From the NCBI GenBank assembly GCA_965242925.1, contig CBDEUM010000009.1, positions 32,001 through 96,000 on the forward strand: 64,000 nucleotides of DNA. Direction: 5' to 3'. The notes below the pieces were generated by a model. The model saw only the letters and a program-made list of their open reading frames with translations, made no database searches and was not told the DNA's origin. Origin of the DNA: Roseibacillus sp. GTDB taxonomy: Bacteria; Verrucomicrobiota; Verrucomicrobiia; Verrucomicrobiales; Akkermansiaceae. The position numbers were made by a program, and so were the translations under genes. The stretch's first letter is position 1. Each line of letters begins with the position of its first letter. Of this stretch, positions 37,379-48,243 are shown piece after piece.

Positions 37379-38809
37379 CTAGGCGCGCAGCAGTTCCCTC
37401 ACGGGCTTGCCAGAGGAAAGGATAGGATGCGGTTGTCCGCTGTGATCCTCGAACAGCATGCCGGGATCGATACCCAGATGGTGAAGCATTGTTGCCCAGA
37501 TATCGTTGGGGGAGAGAATTCGGTCCACCGGGTGCTCCCCCTTCTTGTTGGTGGCGCCAATGACCTGACCCGTGCGCATTCCTCCACCAGTCACCAGCAT
37601 CGACATGGCCTGGGGCCAGTGGTCTCGTCCAGGCTGGCTGACCTTGGTGTGCGTTCCGGTCTGCGTTTTCACCCGCGGGGTGCGTCCGAATTCGCCGGTG
37701 ACCACCAGGAGAACGCGCTTGTCCAGCCCCCGGGCATGGAGATCCTCAATCATGGCAGTGATGACCTTGTCGTATATCGGAAGCCGCCACTCGGCTTCGC
37801 GAAAGAGGTGACAATTCACCGCATGCGAATCCCAGTTATAGGTGCCATATTTTGGCATCTTGATCCCGGAGACGTACGGATTTTCCATCACCACGGTCAC
37901 AAAGCGCGCCCCCGCCTCCACCAGCCGGCGGGCCAGAATGGCCCGCTGTCCCCACGCATGACGGCCAAAGCGCTCCCGCACCGCATCACGCTCCTGCCCC
38001 AGGTCGAACGCCTGCCGGAAGCGCTCGGAGAAGATCATCTCCACCGCCTGGCGATAATGCTCATCGAGCGCGTGAAGCGACCCGTCGGCATCAATGTCAC
38101 GACGCAACCTGTCCACTCCCTTGAGAAGAGTCAGGCGGTCCTCCAGTCGCTCCGCCATCCCATTGGGGATGGCGAGACTATCGATTTTAAAATCATCCGC
38201 GTTGGGGTCGCCGCTCACAATGAAGGGCGTGTTCTGGCCGCCCATCCACGCCGCTCCGAGCGAAAAGGTGTCGATATTATGCCGCCCCCGCTTGATGAGT
38301 GCCACGTTGGTGGGCAGTCCGTTTGTCGCCCTGCCTTCCTTCCGCTTCTGCAACGCAGCTTCGATGAAGGATGTGATGGCCGGCGCGTCGTTTACAAATC
38401 CGGTCGGCTCTCTGGGTGCACGCGCTGTCATGAAGCGCTTGTGACCGCCCCCATGGTCGCTGAAGGTGTGGCAAACCGAACGAATGATGTTGTACTTGTC
38501 CGCACACCTTGCATGCAGCGGCATGAGTTCACACACCTGCAGGTCCGGGTTGTTGGTTCGGATGGGCCGAAACTCCCCCCGGTAGTCGGAGGGCGCATCG
38601 GGTTTCATATCATACATCTCCATGTGGGGCGGACCTCCGGGGAGCCACACGAAGATGACCGCAGGGTCGTCCTCGGAGAGGAGGCGATTGCTCCCGGCCG
38701 CACGTGCCAGAGCCCCTAACCCGAGTCCGCAGAGTGAAGCCCCTCCCAGTTCCAGGAAAGACCGACGGGAAGGCCCGGAGCAGGACAGGCGCTTCTCGAC
38801 TTGCGGCAT
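37379..38809 (-). CDS. DUF1501 domain protein (Tat signal)
   Basis: SRRSFLELG, WLPGGPPHMEMYDMKP, LARRLVEAGARFV, WDSH, GEFGRTP, GRDHWP. Confidence 0.92.
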   Translation of the reverse strand: MPQVEKRLSCSGPSRRSFLELGGASLCGLGLGALARAAGSNRLLSEDDPAVIFVWLPGGPPHMEMYDMKPDAPSDYRGEFRPIRTNNPDLQVCELMPLHARCADKYNIIRSVCHTFSDHGGGHKRFMTARAPREPTGFVNDAPAITSFIEAALQKRKEGRATNGLPTNVALIKRGRHNIDTFSLGAAWMGGQNTPFIVSGDPNADDFKIDSLAIPNGMAERLEDRLTLLKGVDRLRRDIDADGSLHALDEHYRQAVEMIFSERFRQAFDLGQERDAVRERFGRHAWGQRAILARRLVEAGARFVTVVMENPYVSGIKMPKYGTYNWDSHAVNCHLFREAEWRLPIYDKVITAMIEDLHARGLDKRVLLVVTGEFGRTPRVKTQTGTHTKVSQPGRDHWPQAMSMLVTGGGMRTGQVIGATNKKGEHPVDRILSPNDIWATMLHHLGIDPGMLFEDHSGQPHPILSSGKPVRELLRA

Positions 38810-39003
38810 GGTGGGTCATTCTAGCCGAACCCGGACTCACTGCACACACAAAGATCGGATCTCCCCGGAAAACCCCCACCACCTCCTTCATGAGACGATA
38901 AAGAAGCCCGGCCCCTCCCCCTTGCCGACAGATCGTCATTTCGCCTGAGGTAGGGATTTTTCTCGCTAGGAAGCCCCTCCGGACTACGGTCCCTATTTAC
39001 TCC

Positions 39004-40335
39004 ATGAAGAAGAACTCTCTCGATCGCCGCCGCTTTCTCACCACCGGCGCAGCGGCATCCGGAATCTGGACGGCAGCACCGCGGATCCTGCGGGCCCAGG
39101 GCAAGGTCTCTGCCAACGACAAGCTGAATATCGGAGTGATTGGTTCTTCCGGTCAGGGCGGTTACAGCATCGGGCAGCTCAAGGGCATCGCCAACATCGC
39201 AGCCCTCTGCGACGTCGACCAGAACCGCCTCGCCCCGGTCGCGAGGCAGTTCCCCTCCGCCCGGACCTACAAGGATTTTCGCAAGCTGGTAGAGCAGCAG
39301 GACCTCGACGCGGTGGTGGTGGCCACTCCCGATCACACCCATGCCGTCGCCAGTGTCGCCGCCATGCACGCCGACAAACACGTGTACTGCGAGAAACCCC
39401 TCTGCCGCACCATCTCGGAAGTCCGGCACGTCACCGAACTCGCCCGGGAAACGAATCGCGTCACGCAAATGGGCACCCAGATCCACGCCGGCTCAAACTA
39501 TCGCCGCGTTGTGGAACTCGTTCGTTCGGGTGCGATCGGCGAAATCAGTGAAGTGCACGTCTGGGTCGGCTCCAGCACCGGCGGACGAAAACGTTACACC
39601 CGGTTCCCAGCAACCGTCCCAAAAAATCTCGACTGGAACCTCTGGCTCGGCCCCATTCCGGAGCAGCCCTACCACCCCGACTGGACGCACTTCCACTGGC
39701 GGCACTGGTGGCACTTTGGCGGCGGCACCCTCGCCGATATCGGGTGTCACTACATGGATCTTCCTTTCTGGGCGCTCGATCTGAGTCATGCCATCTCCGC
39801 AGAGGCAGAGGGCCCGCCCGTCGACAGGGACTCCGCCCCCATCTCGCTGAAGGTCCACTACCAGTTTCCCGATCGGGTTGTGTCCGGCCGGCATTGGAAG
39901 GCCCTTCCTCTCACTTGGTACCACGGTCGCTATCCCGATCACCTCCTGACCCCGGAACAGCACAAGCGTTGGGGGTCTGGCATTCTCTTTGTCGGCACAA
40001 AAGGCCAACTCATCTCCAACTACGGAAGCCATGTGCTCCTGCCTGAGAAGGACTTCAAGGATTTCGCCCCGCCCCGTCCCTTCGTCCAGAACTCCCGGGG
40101 ACATCACCAGGAGTGGGTCAACGCGATCAAGGCCGGAGGATCAACCACCTGTCGCTTCGACTACTCGGGACCGCTAAGCGAGACCGTCCTCCTCGGCAAT
40201 GTCGCCTTCCGCGCCGGTCAGAAGCTCGAGTGGGATTACCGCCACATGAAAGCAACGAACTGCCCGGAGGCCGACCAGTTCATTCAGCACCACTACCGGG
40301 GGGAATGGGATGCGTGGTTCCGCGGCAAAGGGTAG
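39004..40335 (+). CDS. Tat-exported Gfo/Idh/MocA family oxidoreductase
   Basis: DRRRFL, TPDHTHA, HVYCEKPL, TQMGTQ, DWNLWLGP, LADIGCH. Confidence 0.9.
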   Translation: MKKNSLDRRRFLTTGAAASGIWTAAPRILRAQGKVSANDKLNIGVIGSSGQGGYSIGQLKGIANIAALCDVDQNRLAPVARQFPSARTYKDFRKLVEQQDLDAVVVATPDHTHAVASVAAMHADKHVYCEKPLCRTISEVRHVTELARETNRVTQMGTQIHAGSNYRRVVELVRSGAIGEISEVHVWVGSSTGGRKRYTRFPATVPKNLDWNLWLGPIPEQPYHPDWTHFHWRHWWHFGGGTLADIGCHYMDLPFWALDLSHAISAEAEGPPVDRDSAPISLKVHYQFPDRVVSGRHWKALPLTWYHGRYPDHLLTPEQHKRWGSGILFVGTKGQLISNYGSHVLLPEKDFKDFAPPRPFVQNSRGHHQEWVNAIKAGGSTTCRFDYSGPLSETVLLGNVAFRAGQKLEWDYRHMKATNCPEADQFIQHHYRGEWDAWFRGKG

Positions 40336-40503
40336 AAACCGCTGGACCACAATGAATGGCTCCTCCCGGGCCGAAACAGGCCCGGGGTGCCACGTACGAT
40401 TCCTTAAGTGCAGTGAACGAACCTGCAGGCTCATCCCCTTGTGTCTCTTCCCCGGGTCCTTCTTCGATTGACTCGGCGGGCATCCACGCATGGAGTTCCC
40501 GGG

Positions 40504-43500
40504 ATGAATTTGCGCACGCCTGCACTGCTTCTGTGGATCGTCCTCCCCCTGGCCGGATCCGTCGCAGCGAAGCAAGGAGACGAAGAGCTGCGCAAACTTG
40601 CCGCTGATGCCTACCAGGCCGGCCACATTGAGACGGGCCACCTTCACCTGCAACAGGTGATTGCGCAGAACCCGAGCAATATGGCGGTCACCCTCGACGC
40701 GCTCTCCGAAATTCTCAAGCAGTCGCGTCGCAGTGATGCCAAACTCAGGGCAGAGCAGCCCAACGTCCCCTTTTCCGAGAATCCGTCTGCGGAGCAGGCC
40801 GCCCGTCAACTCTGTGCCCTCGAACAAATAGGGATCCTTTCCGCCAATCACGAGTCCCTCAAGCATGCCGCCACCATCCTGGTGCAACATCACCTGCACA
40901 ATCGGCGGCTCTTCGAGGCCAGAGAGCTGGTCGACCGACAGGCCCGCGAGAACGCCCATGATCTCTTCTGGCGCATCCTGCAGGCCCAAGTCTACCAGCG
41001 CCTCAATTCAACGGAAACCAAACCGCTTTTCACTCAACTCAAGGAGGAGATGGACCTCGTCCATCCGGATCCGGCCATCCGCAAATTGTGGGGAGAGTTC
41101 TCGGAGGAGTGGACCACCAAGGGCAATTCCCTGCCTCTCGCCATCCAGCCTCTCTTCAAGGGGAGCCCGCTGCCCCACATGGAACCTGACGATCCCGACC
41201 TCGAATGGGACACGGTAGCCACCCGGTCAGCCCGCATTGTCGCTCCCCTCATCGATCGCGTGGCGGCCAAGGCCCTGACTGTGCCGCAGATCGTACCCTG
41301 GCGGGATAAGTCCGGTCTCACCGACCCGGTTCGCGCCCTCGATCTCCATCTCCTCAGCCAGCCGTCGGCCGACCTGGCAAATCTTCGCAAGGTCCAGAAC
41401 GAACGATACGAACTGGAGAAGTATCGTGAAAACCCGACCGACGCCGAAATTCTCTACCGCTTCCGACGCTATCCCTGGGCCTCGGCCGCCCAGAAGGATC
41501 TGCGCGGACTTGCCAACCGGGCCCTCTTCGCCGGGCACTCCCAGGACGCCTGGCGCAGCTTCCAGGACCTCCTGGACCACGCCAGCGACACGGAGACCCG
41601 GGACGCCTCCCAAGTCGGTATCTGGACCGCGCGCACCCAGATCGAAGCCCCTCGAACCGCTGCCGATCTGCTTGGTGGTGATGACCCCGCCCACAAACTC
41701 ACGTGGCTTGGGAAACCCACCCCGGCGGGAGAAATTTGCCGGCAACTTATCGAAAACCATCGCCCTTCCCAGACCCCCGGCCCGCTGGCCACGGCGAAAA
41801 CCCTGGGGGAATTCACCCAACGGCTCGTCCATATTCCTCCCACCTCGCCCTGGCAAAGCCAGGTTCCAAACGAGATCGACCTGACCATCGCCGGAAGCCA
41901 TCTTCTCGTGAGTGGGCGTGACATGCTGGCGCTTTTCGATACCCGGAATCCCGACAAACCCCTGTGGGCCAGCTTCCAGCCTCCCACCCCGGAAAACAAC
42001 AAGAAGCCCGACAACAACCACCCCGGCTTCTTCCGCCCCCGCTTTTCCAACGGGCAGCTCTTCACCCGCTGGGGATTCAGTTCCCAACCGCCACGGGGCA
42101 TCGCCGGGATCGACTGCACCAACGGGGCAATTCTCTGGACTGACGAGAGCAATATCGGAGACCACCGTCTCCTTAACGTCCCGCTCGGGGATCCCGTGCC
42201 CAGCGATGGTCTCCTCTATTATCTTGAGTGGAGCTCGCCCAATGATGTCAACCAGGGGCCTGGTCGCCAACTGAACCTGGTCTGCTTCGATCCCGGGGCC
42301 GGCAGCACGACATGGCGAGCATCCATTGCCGTTGCAGGCCGCGAATCTGACCTCACTGCCAGCCTCGAACGCAGTCAACCGGCATTCGCGGTCTATGGCA
42401 ACAGCGTCACCATCGCCCAAGGCGCGGTCTACAGCAGCTCCAACTGCGGCCTCGTGGCGCGCTCCGATATCCGCGACGGCCGGACCGACTGGGTCTACCA
42501 ATACACTCCCATCCCTCCGGCCGAACGGAGCGTGCTGAATCATGGATCCCCGCCTCTCCTGGCCGGGGAAAAGGTGATCTGCATGCCCAGGGATGCCCGG
42601 CGTGTTTTCGCCCTCGACCAACGCACCGGACGCCTCCTCTGGGAAAACACCCTTGTCCTGGGAGTGCAATTGGTCGGCGTGATGGAAGACCTCCTCATCG
42701 TCCGGGGACGGTCCCTCGTAGCCGGTCTGGATCTGAACACCGGGGAAGCACGCTGGTACCGGCCCGCCACCCATGTGATTGGCCGCCTCGCTGTGTTTGA
42801 CGGCTCCGTCTATCTCGCCCAGCTCGACGGGCTGCATCGTCTCAACGCCGGGACCGGCCGGATCCTGGAAAGCCGTCCCTGGAATCTCTCCAACGAGAAA
42901 CCGCAGGCCTTTGCCCTGCATGGTCGCGATCTCTTCCTCGTCACTGACAAGCCGGCGGAGGCGACTGGGCGCCGGGTCAACTCGCCCCTCAACGCCTCGC
43001 TACCCGCCGGACGTAATCCACTCGAGCCGCCGCTGAACCGTGCCTGGTCGCTCCCACGCAACAACGCGCGGATTTCCCTCCCGCCTTCCGGTTCCCCGCT
43101 GGAGGGCAGCGCCTTTGTCCTTTCCGGTGGAATTCTCGAGCGGATCGACCTGAGCGCCCGGGGCCGCATCCACTGGCAGCGGTTCATCGATGGCCCGAAC
43201 CCCCAGATCCAGGTCATCGGCAACACCGTGCTTGCCATCGACTATTCGGTTGGCAAGGCCCCCGGGCTGGTCAATCGACTCGTTGCCTTCGATGCCGCTA
43301 CCGGACGAACCCTCTGGGAACACGCCATCGATGCCCCGGTGAGCTCAACCCTCAACTGCGGGAACACCCAGGTTTTCCACGATTCTGTCGGACGGGTGGT
43401 CGCCGTTGACCTGCGCACCGGCACCCGCGCCTGGCAACGCAACTTCGGTAACGGATTCCAGATGCGCCTCGCCACCGACGGCACCAGACTTCACATCTTC

Positions 43501-44667
43501 TTCGTCTCCCGCCTGCGCTCCGCCAACCATGTCGTGGTGGACCCGCCTACGGGCTCCACCCTCAGCAACAGCAAGATCGGCGTCAAGACCTCTGCCGATG
43601 CCCGCAATGCCAAACCGGTCGCGGGCGGCTACTACGAAGTGGCCATCACCCCGGTCAAGACCCGCTACCTGCGATTCACCGCCCTGTCCGATATCGGTGG
43701 GCGCGGCTGGGCTTCTATCGCAGAATTGCAGGTAGGGGGTGAAAACGGGGACAACCTCCCCCGTCAAGGGTGGTCGGCCACCGCAAGCAATTCCGAGACC
43801 AAGGCGCGCTACGATACCAGGCCCCAATGCGTTATCGACGACGATCCCGTCACCTGGTGGCACTCGCAGTGGATCGACAGCATTCCCCAGCATCCGCATT
43901 CCGTCACCCTTGACATGAAAAACGAGAAGACCATCAGCGCTATTCGTTACCTGCCCGCTGTCATCGTGAACAACAACGGCATGATCGGAGAATACGAGCT
44001 TCACGTCAGCAACGACGGCCAGAACTGGGGAAACCCGGTAGGCGAAGGGTTCATGGTCAATCAGACCCGGGTCGACCACGTCTACGCCTCAGATAAGTCG
44101 ATTGTCTTTGAAAGCCGGACCACCCCGAATCAGCCGCTCAATGTCTATCGTTATAAACTGGATGGCAGCCCTGCCATCCTGGTGCGCCGGAACTCCCATG
44201 TCCTCTACATGAAGGAGCCCTACTTCATGATCCACGAAGGGGATAAACTTGTGGTCTGTCATTTCGATGATCCCGCCTATCGGTTCGAACTGGGCCTCCA
44301 CTCCCAGTTTGACCTCTCTGCCCTCTCTCTTGAAAACAACCGCCTGATTCTGGGCCGCAAGAGTGTCCTCGTTGCCGATCTCGGGCAGAAGCGCTTCATC
44401 GTTGCCCCGGGGGATCCAAACCAGGTTTACAACAAGGATGGCGCCCTTGTCCGGGAAGGAGAGCACGGTCTCCTCAAGATTGTTCCGCAGGGGGACAAGG
44501 GGCAGGCCCTCTTCCGCTTTAACCTGCAAAACGGCCAGCGCACCGATGCTCCCCCCATTGAGCAACCCGAAAGCTTCCAACCAGTTCCCGGAATTCCGAA
44601 GTTCGATGGCCTCGTCCTCCTCCGGGACGACTCCTCAGTGAGCGCCTGGATCGGGACGGGCCAATAG
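40504..44667 (+). CDS. Large exported protein: helical N-terminus, multiple PQQ-like beta-propeller repeats, inserted discoidin/CBM32-like domain
   Basis: Repeats VFALDQRTGRLLW, GLDLNTGEARW, AFDAATGRTLW, AVDLRTGTRAW. CBM32-like IDDDPVTWWHS...HPHSVTLDM...VSNDGQNW. Confidence 0.75.
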   Translation: MNLRTPALLLWIVLPLAGSVAAKQGDEELRKLAADAYQAGHIETGHLHLQQVIAQNPSNMAVTLDALSEILKQSRRSDAKLRAEQPNVPFSENPSAEQAARQLCALEQIGILSANHESLKHAATILVQHHLHNRRLFEARELVDRQARENAHDLFWRILQAQVYQRLNSTETKPLFTQLKEEMDLVHPDPAIRKLWGEFSEEWTTKGNSLPLAIQPLFKGSPLPHMEPDDPDLEWDTVATRSARIVAPLIDRVAAKALTVPQIVPWRDKSGLTDPVRALDLHLLSQPSADLANLRKVQNERYELEKYRENPTDAEILYRFRRYPWASAAQKDLRGLANRALFAGHSQDAWRSFQDLLDHASDTETRDASQVGIWTARTQIEAPRTAADLLGGDDPAHKLTWLGKPTPAGEICRQLIENHRPSQTPGPLATAKTLGEFTQRLVHIPPTSPWQSQVPNEIDLTIAGSHLLVSGRDMLALFDTRNPDKPLWASFQPPTPENNKKPDNNHPGFFRPRFSNGQLFTRWGFSSQPPRGIAGIDCTNGAILWTDESNIGDHRLLNVPLGDPVPSDGLLYYLEWSSPNDVNQGPGRQLNLVCFDPGAGSTTWRASIAVAGRESDLTASLERSQPAFAVYGNSVTIAQGAVYSSSNCGLVARSDIRDGRTDWVYQYTPIPPAERSVLNHGSPPLLAGEKVICMPRDARRVFALDQRTGRLLWENTLVLGVQLVGVMEDLLIVRGRSLVAGLDLNTGEARWYRPATHVIGRLAVFDGSVYLAQLDGLHRLNAGTGRILESRPWNLSNEKPQAFALHGRDLFLVTDKPAEATGRRVNSPLNASLPAGRNPLEPPLNRAWSLPRNNARISLPPSGSPLEGSAFVLSGGILERIDLSARGRIHWQRFIDGPNPQIQVIGNTVLAIDYSVGKAPGLVNRLVAFDAATGRTLWEHAIDAPVSSTLNCGNTQVFHDSVGRVVAVDLRTGTRAWQRNFGNGFQMRLATDGTRLHIFFVSRLRSANHVVVDPPTGSTLSNSKIGVKTSADARNAKPVAGGYYEVAITPVKTRYLRFTALSDIGGRGWASIAELQVGGENGDNLPRQGWSATASNSETKARYDTRPQCVIDDDPVTWWHSQWIDSIPQHPHSVTLDMKNEKTISAIRYLPAVIVNNNGMIGEYELHVSNDGQNWGNPVGEGFMVNQTRVDHVYASDKSIVFESRTTPNQPLNVYRYKLDGSPAILVRRNSHVLYMKEPYFMIHEGDKLVVCHFDDPAYRFELGLHSQFDLSALSLENNRLILGRKSVLVADLGQKRFIVAPGDPNQVYNKDGALVREGEHGLLKIVPQGDKGQALFRFNLQNGQRTDAPPIEQPESFQPVPGIPKFDGLVLLRDDSSVSAWIGTGQ

Positions 44668-44751
44668 CAGGGGTGCACAACGCTGGAAAGCGGCCTTTGT
44701 AAGCCCATTTTTCTAGTTCTGGAGGAATGAACCTCTACCCTCCTCTCGTTC

Positions 44752-45546
44752 ATGACCCGGTTAGCCACCCTCTCCATCATGGCGCTGTCGCTTGTGGTGG
44801 GGAGCCGCCTGGCAGCCGAATCGCGCTCCTGGCGCAGCGCCAATGGCAACCGCAGCTTCCGGGCGGAGTTCCTCTCCAGTGATGGATCAAGCGTTGTTCT
44901 GCGAAGGCTTGACAAAAAAATCGTTACCGTGGCTTGGGAGAACCTGCATCCCAGTGACCGGGCCTGGGTCCGCGAACGCCTCCGGAAAACCGCGGCAAAG
45001 GTGCATGGTGGACTCAAGGGATCCTGCTTCGACAACCTCGCCTACGGTGACAACCGCCGGACCGTGGAGAAGAAACTCAAGGAGAGCCTGGTGGCCAGCA
45101 AATCCCTCGATGATCGACTGACAGGCCGCACCGGACTGAACGGAATCTACCAGACCACCATCGCCACCGAACCCTACGAACTGTTCTTCCACTGGACCGA
45201 TAAAGACGAACTACAGGAGGTCACCCTGCGCAGCAGGACGGTCGCCCAGATCGACTATGCCAAAGCCCTCAAGAAGACCTGGACCAGCCTGATTTCTCTC
45301 CTGCAGGAACATCATGGCAAACCGGTCCAGACGACCGGGTATCCCCCGCAGGAAGAACTGCAGGAGGGCAAGCTCCTTGGCTCACATCTCTGGCACACCC
45401 CGGATCAGCACTCCATCCTGCTCTCTACCGGGCGGGAAGGGGCAGGCTACCTGGTGTCCATCCGCTTCAGCGCCGCATTGATCCCGCCCAACAGGCTCCG
45501 GGAAACGCAGGAGGAACCAAAGGCCCCCTCCGGGCCCGGCACCTGA
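44752..45546 (+). CDS. Exported SHD1 (SLA1 homology domain 1)-containing protein
   Basis: RSWRSANGNRSFRAEFLSSDGSSVVLRRLDKKIVTVAWENLHPSDRAWV follows a signal peptide. Confidence 0.75.
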   Translation: MTRLATLSIMALSLVVGSRLAAESRSWRSANGNRSFRAEFLSSDGSSVVLRRLDKKIVTVAWENLHPSDRAWVRERLRKTAAKVHGGLKGSCFDNLAYGDNRRTVEKKLKESLVASKSLDDRLTGRTGLNGIYQTTIATEPYELFFHWTDKDELQEVTLRSRTVAQIDYAKALKKTWTSLISLLQEHHGKPVQTTGYPPQEELQEGKLLGSHLWHTPDQHSILLSTGREGAGYLVSIRFSAALIPPNRLRETQEEPKAPSGPGT

Positions 45547-45601
45547 AGAGCGAACTGCCGTCTGGCCTCCCGAAGCCATTTCTGGTTAATCGACTCCTGC
45601 C

Positions 45602-47041
45602 ATGAGCGACTACCAGATGTACCTGAACGGCAGGTGGGACGATGGGGAAGGCACCCATCCCGTGATCAACCCCGCCACCGAGGAGACCATTGCGGAAATC
45701 CCGGTGGCCACCGGAACACAGATCACGGAGGCCTACCAGGTCGCCCGCAAGGCCCAGTATTCCTGGGCCCGCCTGACCGGAGTGGAGCGGGGAAATATCC
45801 TCCGCAAGTGGGCAGACCTCCTCGACGAGAACCGCGACCACATCACCCGCGTGATCAGCCAGGAAGTGGGCAAACCGATCAACGAGGCTCGCGGGGAATT
45901 CGACTTCGGCAACTCCTGGTTCCGTTACTACGCAGAGTTCGATCGCCGCATCGATGGCGAAATCCTCACTCCGGACAAACCCAATGAACAGCTCTGGATC
46001 GTCCCCAGCCCGGTGGGCGTGGTGACCGGGATCATCCCCTGGAATTTCCCCTTCGCGGTTGCGGTGCGCAAGATCGCACCCGCTCTCATCACCGGAAACA
46101 CCCTCGTCCTCAAACCACATGAGGACACTCCCTTGAGCGCCCTCGAAATCGCCCGACTGGCCGAAGCGGCCGGTGTTCCCCCCGGCGTGTTCCAGGTTCT
46201 CTGTGGCCCCGGGGAGACCGTGGGTGAAGCGATGGTGAAGGATCCCACCGCCCGGCTCATCACCTTTACCGGCAGCGTGCCAACCGGAAAGCGCATCGCT
46301 CGCAATGCAGCCGACAATGTTGCCCTCGTCTCCCTGGAGATGGGGGGCAAGGCGCCCTTTATCGTGATGGACGACTGCGACCTCGATGCCGCCGTGGACA
46401 CCGCTGTCTTTTCGCGTTTCCTCAACTGCGGCCAGATCTGCATCGCCAACGAACGCACCTACCTGCAGAAAAACATCGCCTCCGAGTTCACCGAGAAGTT
46501 CCTCGCTGAGGTAGGGAAGCTCAACCTGGGGGATCCCCTTCAGGAGGACACCCGGATCGGTCCCAAGGTGAGCAGGGAGGAACTGGAGAAGGTGGAAGCC
46601 TGCGTGGAAAACGCGAGGAAGGCCGGGGTGGAGGTGCTCACCGGGGGCAACCGCCGCAGCGGCGGTCTGTTCGATCGGGGCTATTGGTACGAGCCGACCG
46701 TCATTTCCGGGGTGCGCCAGGACATGGAGATCATGCAGAAGGAAATCTTTGGCCCGGTCGTACCGCTCATGGAATTCGATACCTTCGACGAGGCCCTGGA
46801 GCTCGCCAACGATTCAAGCTACGGCCTGGCGGCCTACCTCTTCACCAACGACATGAACCGGATCATGCGCACGATCCGGGACCTTGAGTGTGGTGAATTC
46901 TACATCAACCGCGGGCCGGGTGAGTCGATCCACGGCTTTCACGGCGGGCTCAAGGAAAGCGGCCTTGGAGGCGACGACGGCATCCACGGCCTCAACCACT
47001 ACCTCCACCGCAAGTGCGTCTACCTGAAATTTGAGGGGTAG
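45602..47041 (+). CDS. aldA: Aldehyde dehydrogenase, AldA (lactaldehyde/glycolaldehyde dehydrogenase)-like
   Basis: PWNFP, FTGS, LEMGGK, catalytic Cys in GQIC, EIFGP. C-terminal GEFYINR...GFHGG..ESGLGGDDG.HGL resembles the AldA subfamily. Family is certain; substrate is not. Confidence 0.75.
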   Translation: MSDYQMYLNGRWDDGEGTHPVINPATEETIAEIPVATGTQITEAYQVARKAQYSWARLTGVERGNILRKWADLLDENRDHITRVISQEVGKPINEARGEFDFGNSWFRYYAEFDRRIDGEILTPDKPNEQLWIVPSPVGVVTGIIPWNFPFAVAVRKIAPALITGNTLVLKPHEDTPLSALEIARLAEAAGVPPGVFQVLCGPGETVGEAMVKDPTARLITFTGSVPTGKRIARNAADNVALVSLEMGGKAPFIVMDDCDLDAAVDTAVFSRFLNCGQICIANERTYLQKNIASEFTEKFLAEVGKLNLGDPLQEDTRIGPKVSREELEKVEACVENARKAGVEVLTGGNRRSGGLFDRGYWYEPTVISGVRQDMEIMQKEIFGPVVPLMEFDTFDEALELANDSSYGLAAYLFTNDMNRIMRTIRDLECGEFYINRGPGESIHGFHGGLKESGLGGDDGIHGLNHYLHRKCVYLKFEG

Positions 47042-47132
47042 ATTCGGCGCAACCCTGTCAACTATTCGAGCCCTGCCATGCTGGCGGGGAAGGGAGGCGA
47101 CCCGCAGGAGTCGCCCGACCTGCGGACTGCTC

Positions 47133-48140
47133 CTACTTGGCCTTCACCCTCCTGTACTTGGTGACTCGCCCATGAACATTCCACTCCTGGGCATAGAGGT
47201 CTCCCTTGGAATCAAACGTGCAGCCATGCACGGCGATCAGGTCCCCCTCGTGCCAGTGATCGGGTCCAACCTGGTTGCTGGCCTTTTTACGCTCCTTGTG
47301 CTCATCCCCGAGGCGGGAAACCACCTTGTAGTCCGGATCGTAAAGTGAAACCCGTCCATCCAGTTCACCAACCGCCAGAAGGTCCCCGTGGATATCCGCG
47401 GCACAGGGGCGTCCCAGTCCGGCATCGATGGTCCGGAGAAATTTCCCTTCCAGGTCGTGCTGCTGCAGCCGGTTGTTCTGCCGGTCGCTGATCAACAGGG
47501 TCGGCGTCCCGCTACGGGTATCAACCAGGATATTGTGGCAGATGTCGAACTTGCCGTCTTCCTTGCCCTTCCCCCCGAAGCTCTTCACGTAATTACGCTC
47601 CTTGTCATAAAGGTGGACCAGCGACTTGCCGTACCCATCGACGACGTAGACCCGGCCGTCCGGAGTCACATCAAGGTCGGTCGGATTGTATTCCCCCCTG
47701 CTCCCGTACATGCCCGGCACCTCGGGCGGGCCGATGATCTGCCACACCACCGTTCCATCAGGCTTTACCGCCACCACCCGCTTGATCCGGGGCATGGCAA
47801 GAAGAAGCAATTCTTCTCCCTTCATCTTGCGCACCTTCATGCCGTGCACAGCCTTGAAAACCTTGCCCGACTTGGTGCGGATGTCCCCCTTGTAGACTCC
47901 ATCCGGACCAATCACCTGGATGGTGTTCCCGGTGGCGACGTAGACATTGCCCTTGCTGTCGGCGGCCAGGTCCCCGTGCAGGTTCCCGAGTTGCTTGCCT
48001 TCCGGGTACTTGGGCCAGCCCGGGACGGTCTCGTAGATGCCCTCCCCCTGGCCGGTCCGGACAGGTTTCGTCTCTTCAGCCCTGACACAGGGGGCCAGCA
48101 GCAGGATAGACAGGCAGAGGCGTAAGGTCATATTCATCAT
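47133..48140 (-). CDS. Exported NHL-repeat six-bladed propeller (peptidylglycine lyase-like)
   Basis: YETVPGWP, PTDLDVTPDGRVYVVDGYG, CHNILVD, SDRQNNRLQ, VHGCTFDSKGDLYAQEW. Confidence 0.8.
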   Translation of the reverse strand: MMNMTLRLCLSILLLAPCVRAEETKPVRTGQGEGIYETVPGWPKYPEGKQLGNLHGDLAADSKGNVYVATGNTIQVIGPDGVYKGDIRTKSGKVFKAVHGMKVRKMKGEELLLLAMPRIKRVVAVKPDGTVVWQIIGPPEVPGMYGSRGEYNPTDLDVTPDGRVYVVDGYGKSLVHLYDKERNYVKSFGGKGKEDGKFDICHNILVDTRSGTPTLLISDRQNNRLQQHDLEGKFLRTIDAGLGRPCAADIHGDLLAVGELDGRVSLYDPDYKVVSRLGDEHKERKKASNQVGPDHWHEGDLIAVHGCTFDSKGDLYAQEWNVHGRVTKYRRVKAK

Positions 48141-48243
48141 GGAAGCACCAGATTTCATTACTTCAGGCAACTCAACCGCAAATCCGCACTCCCGTCGATG
48201 CCGCGTTGGGGTGGACCCGCGAAAACCCTGCGATCCGATCCCG

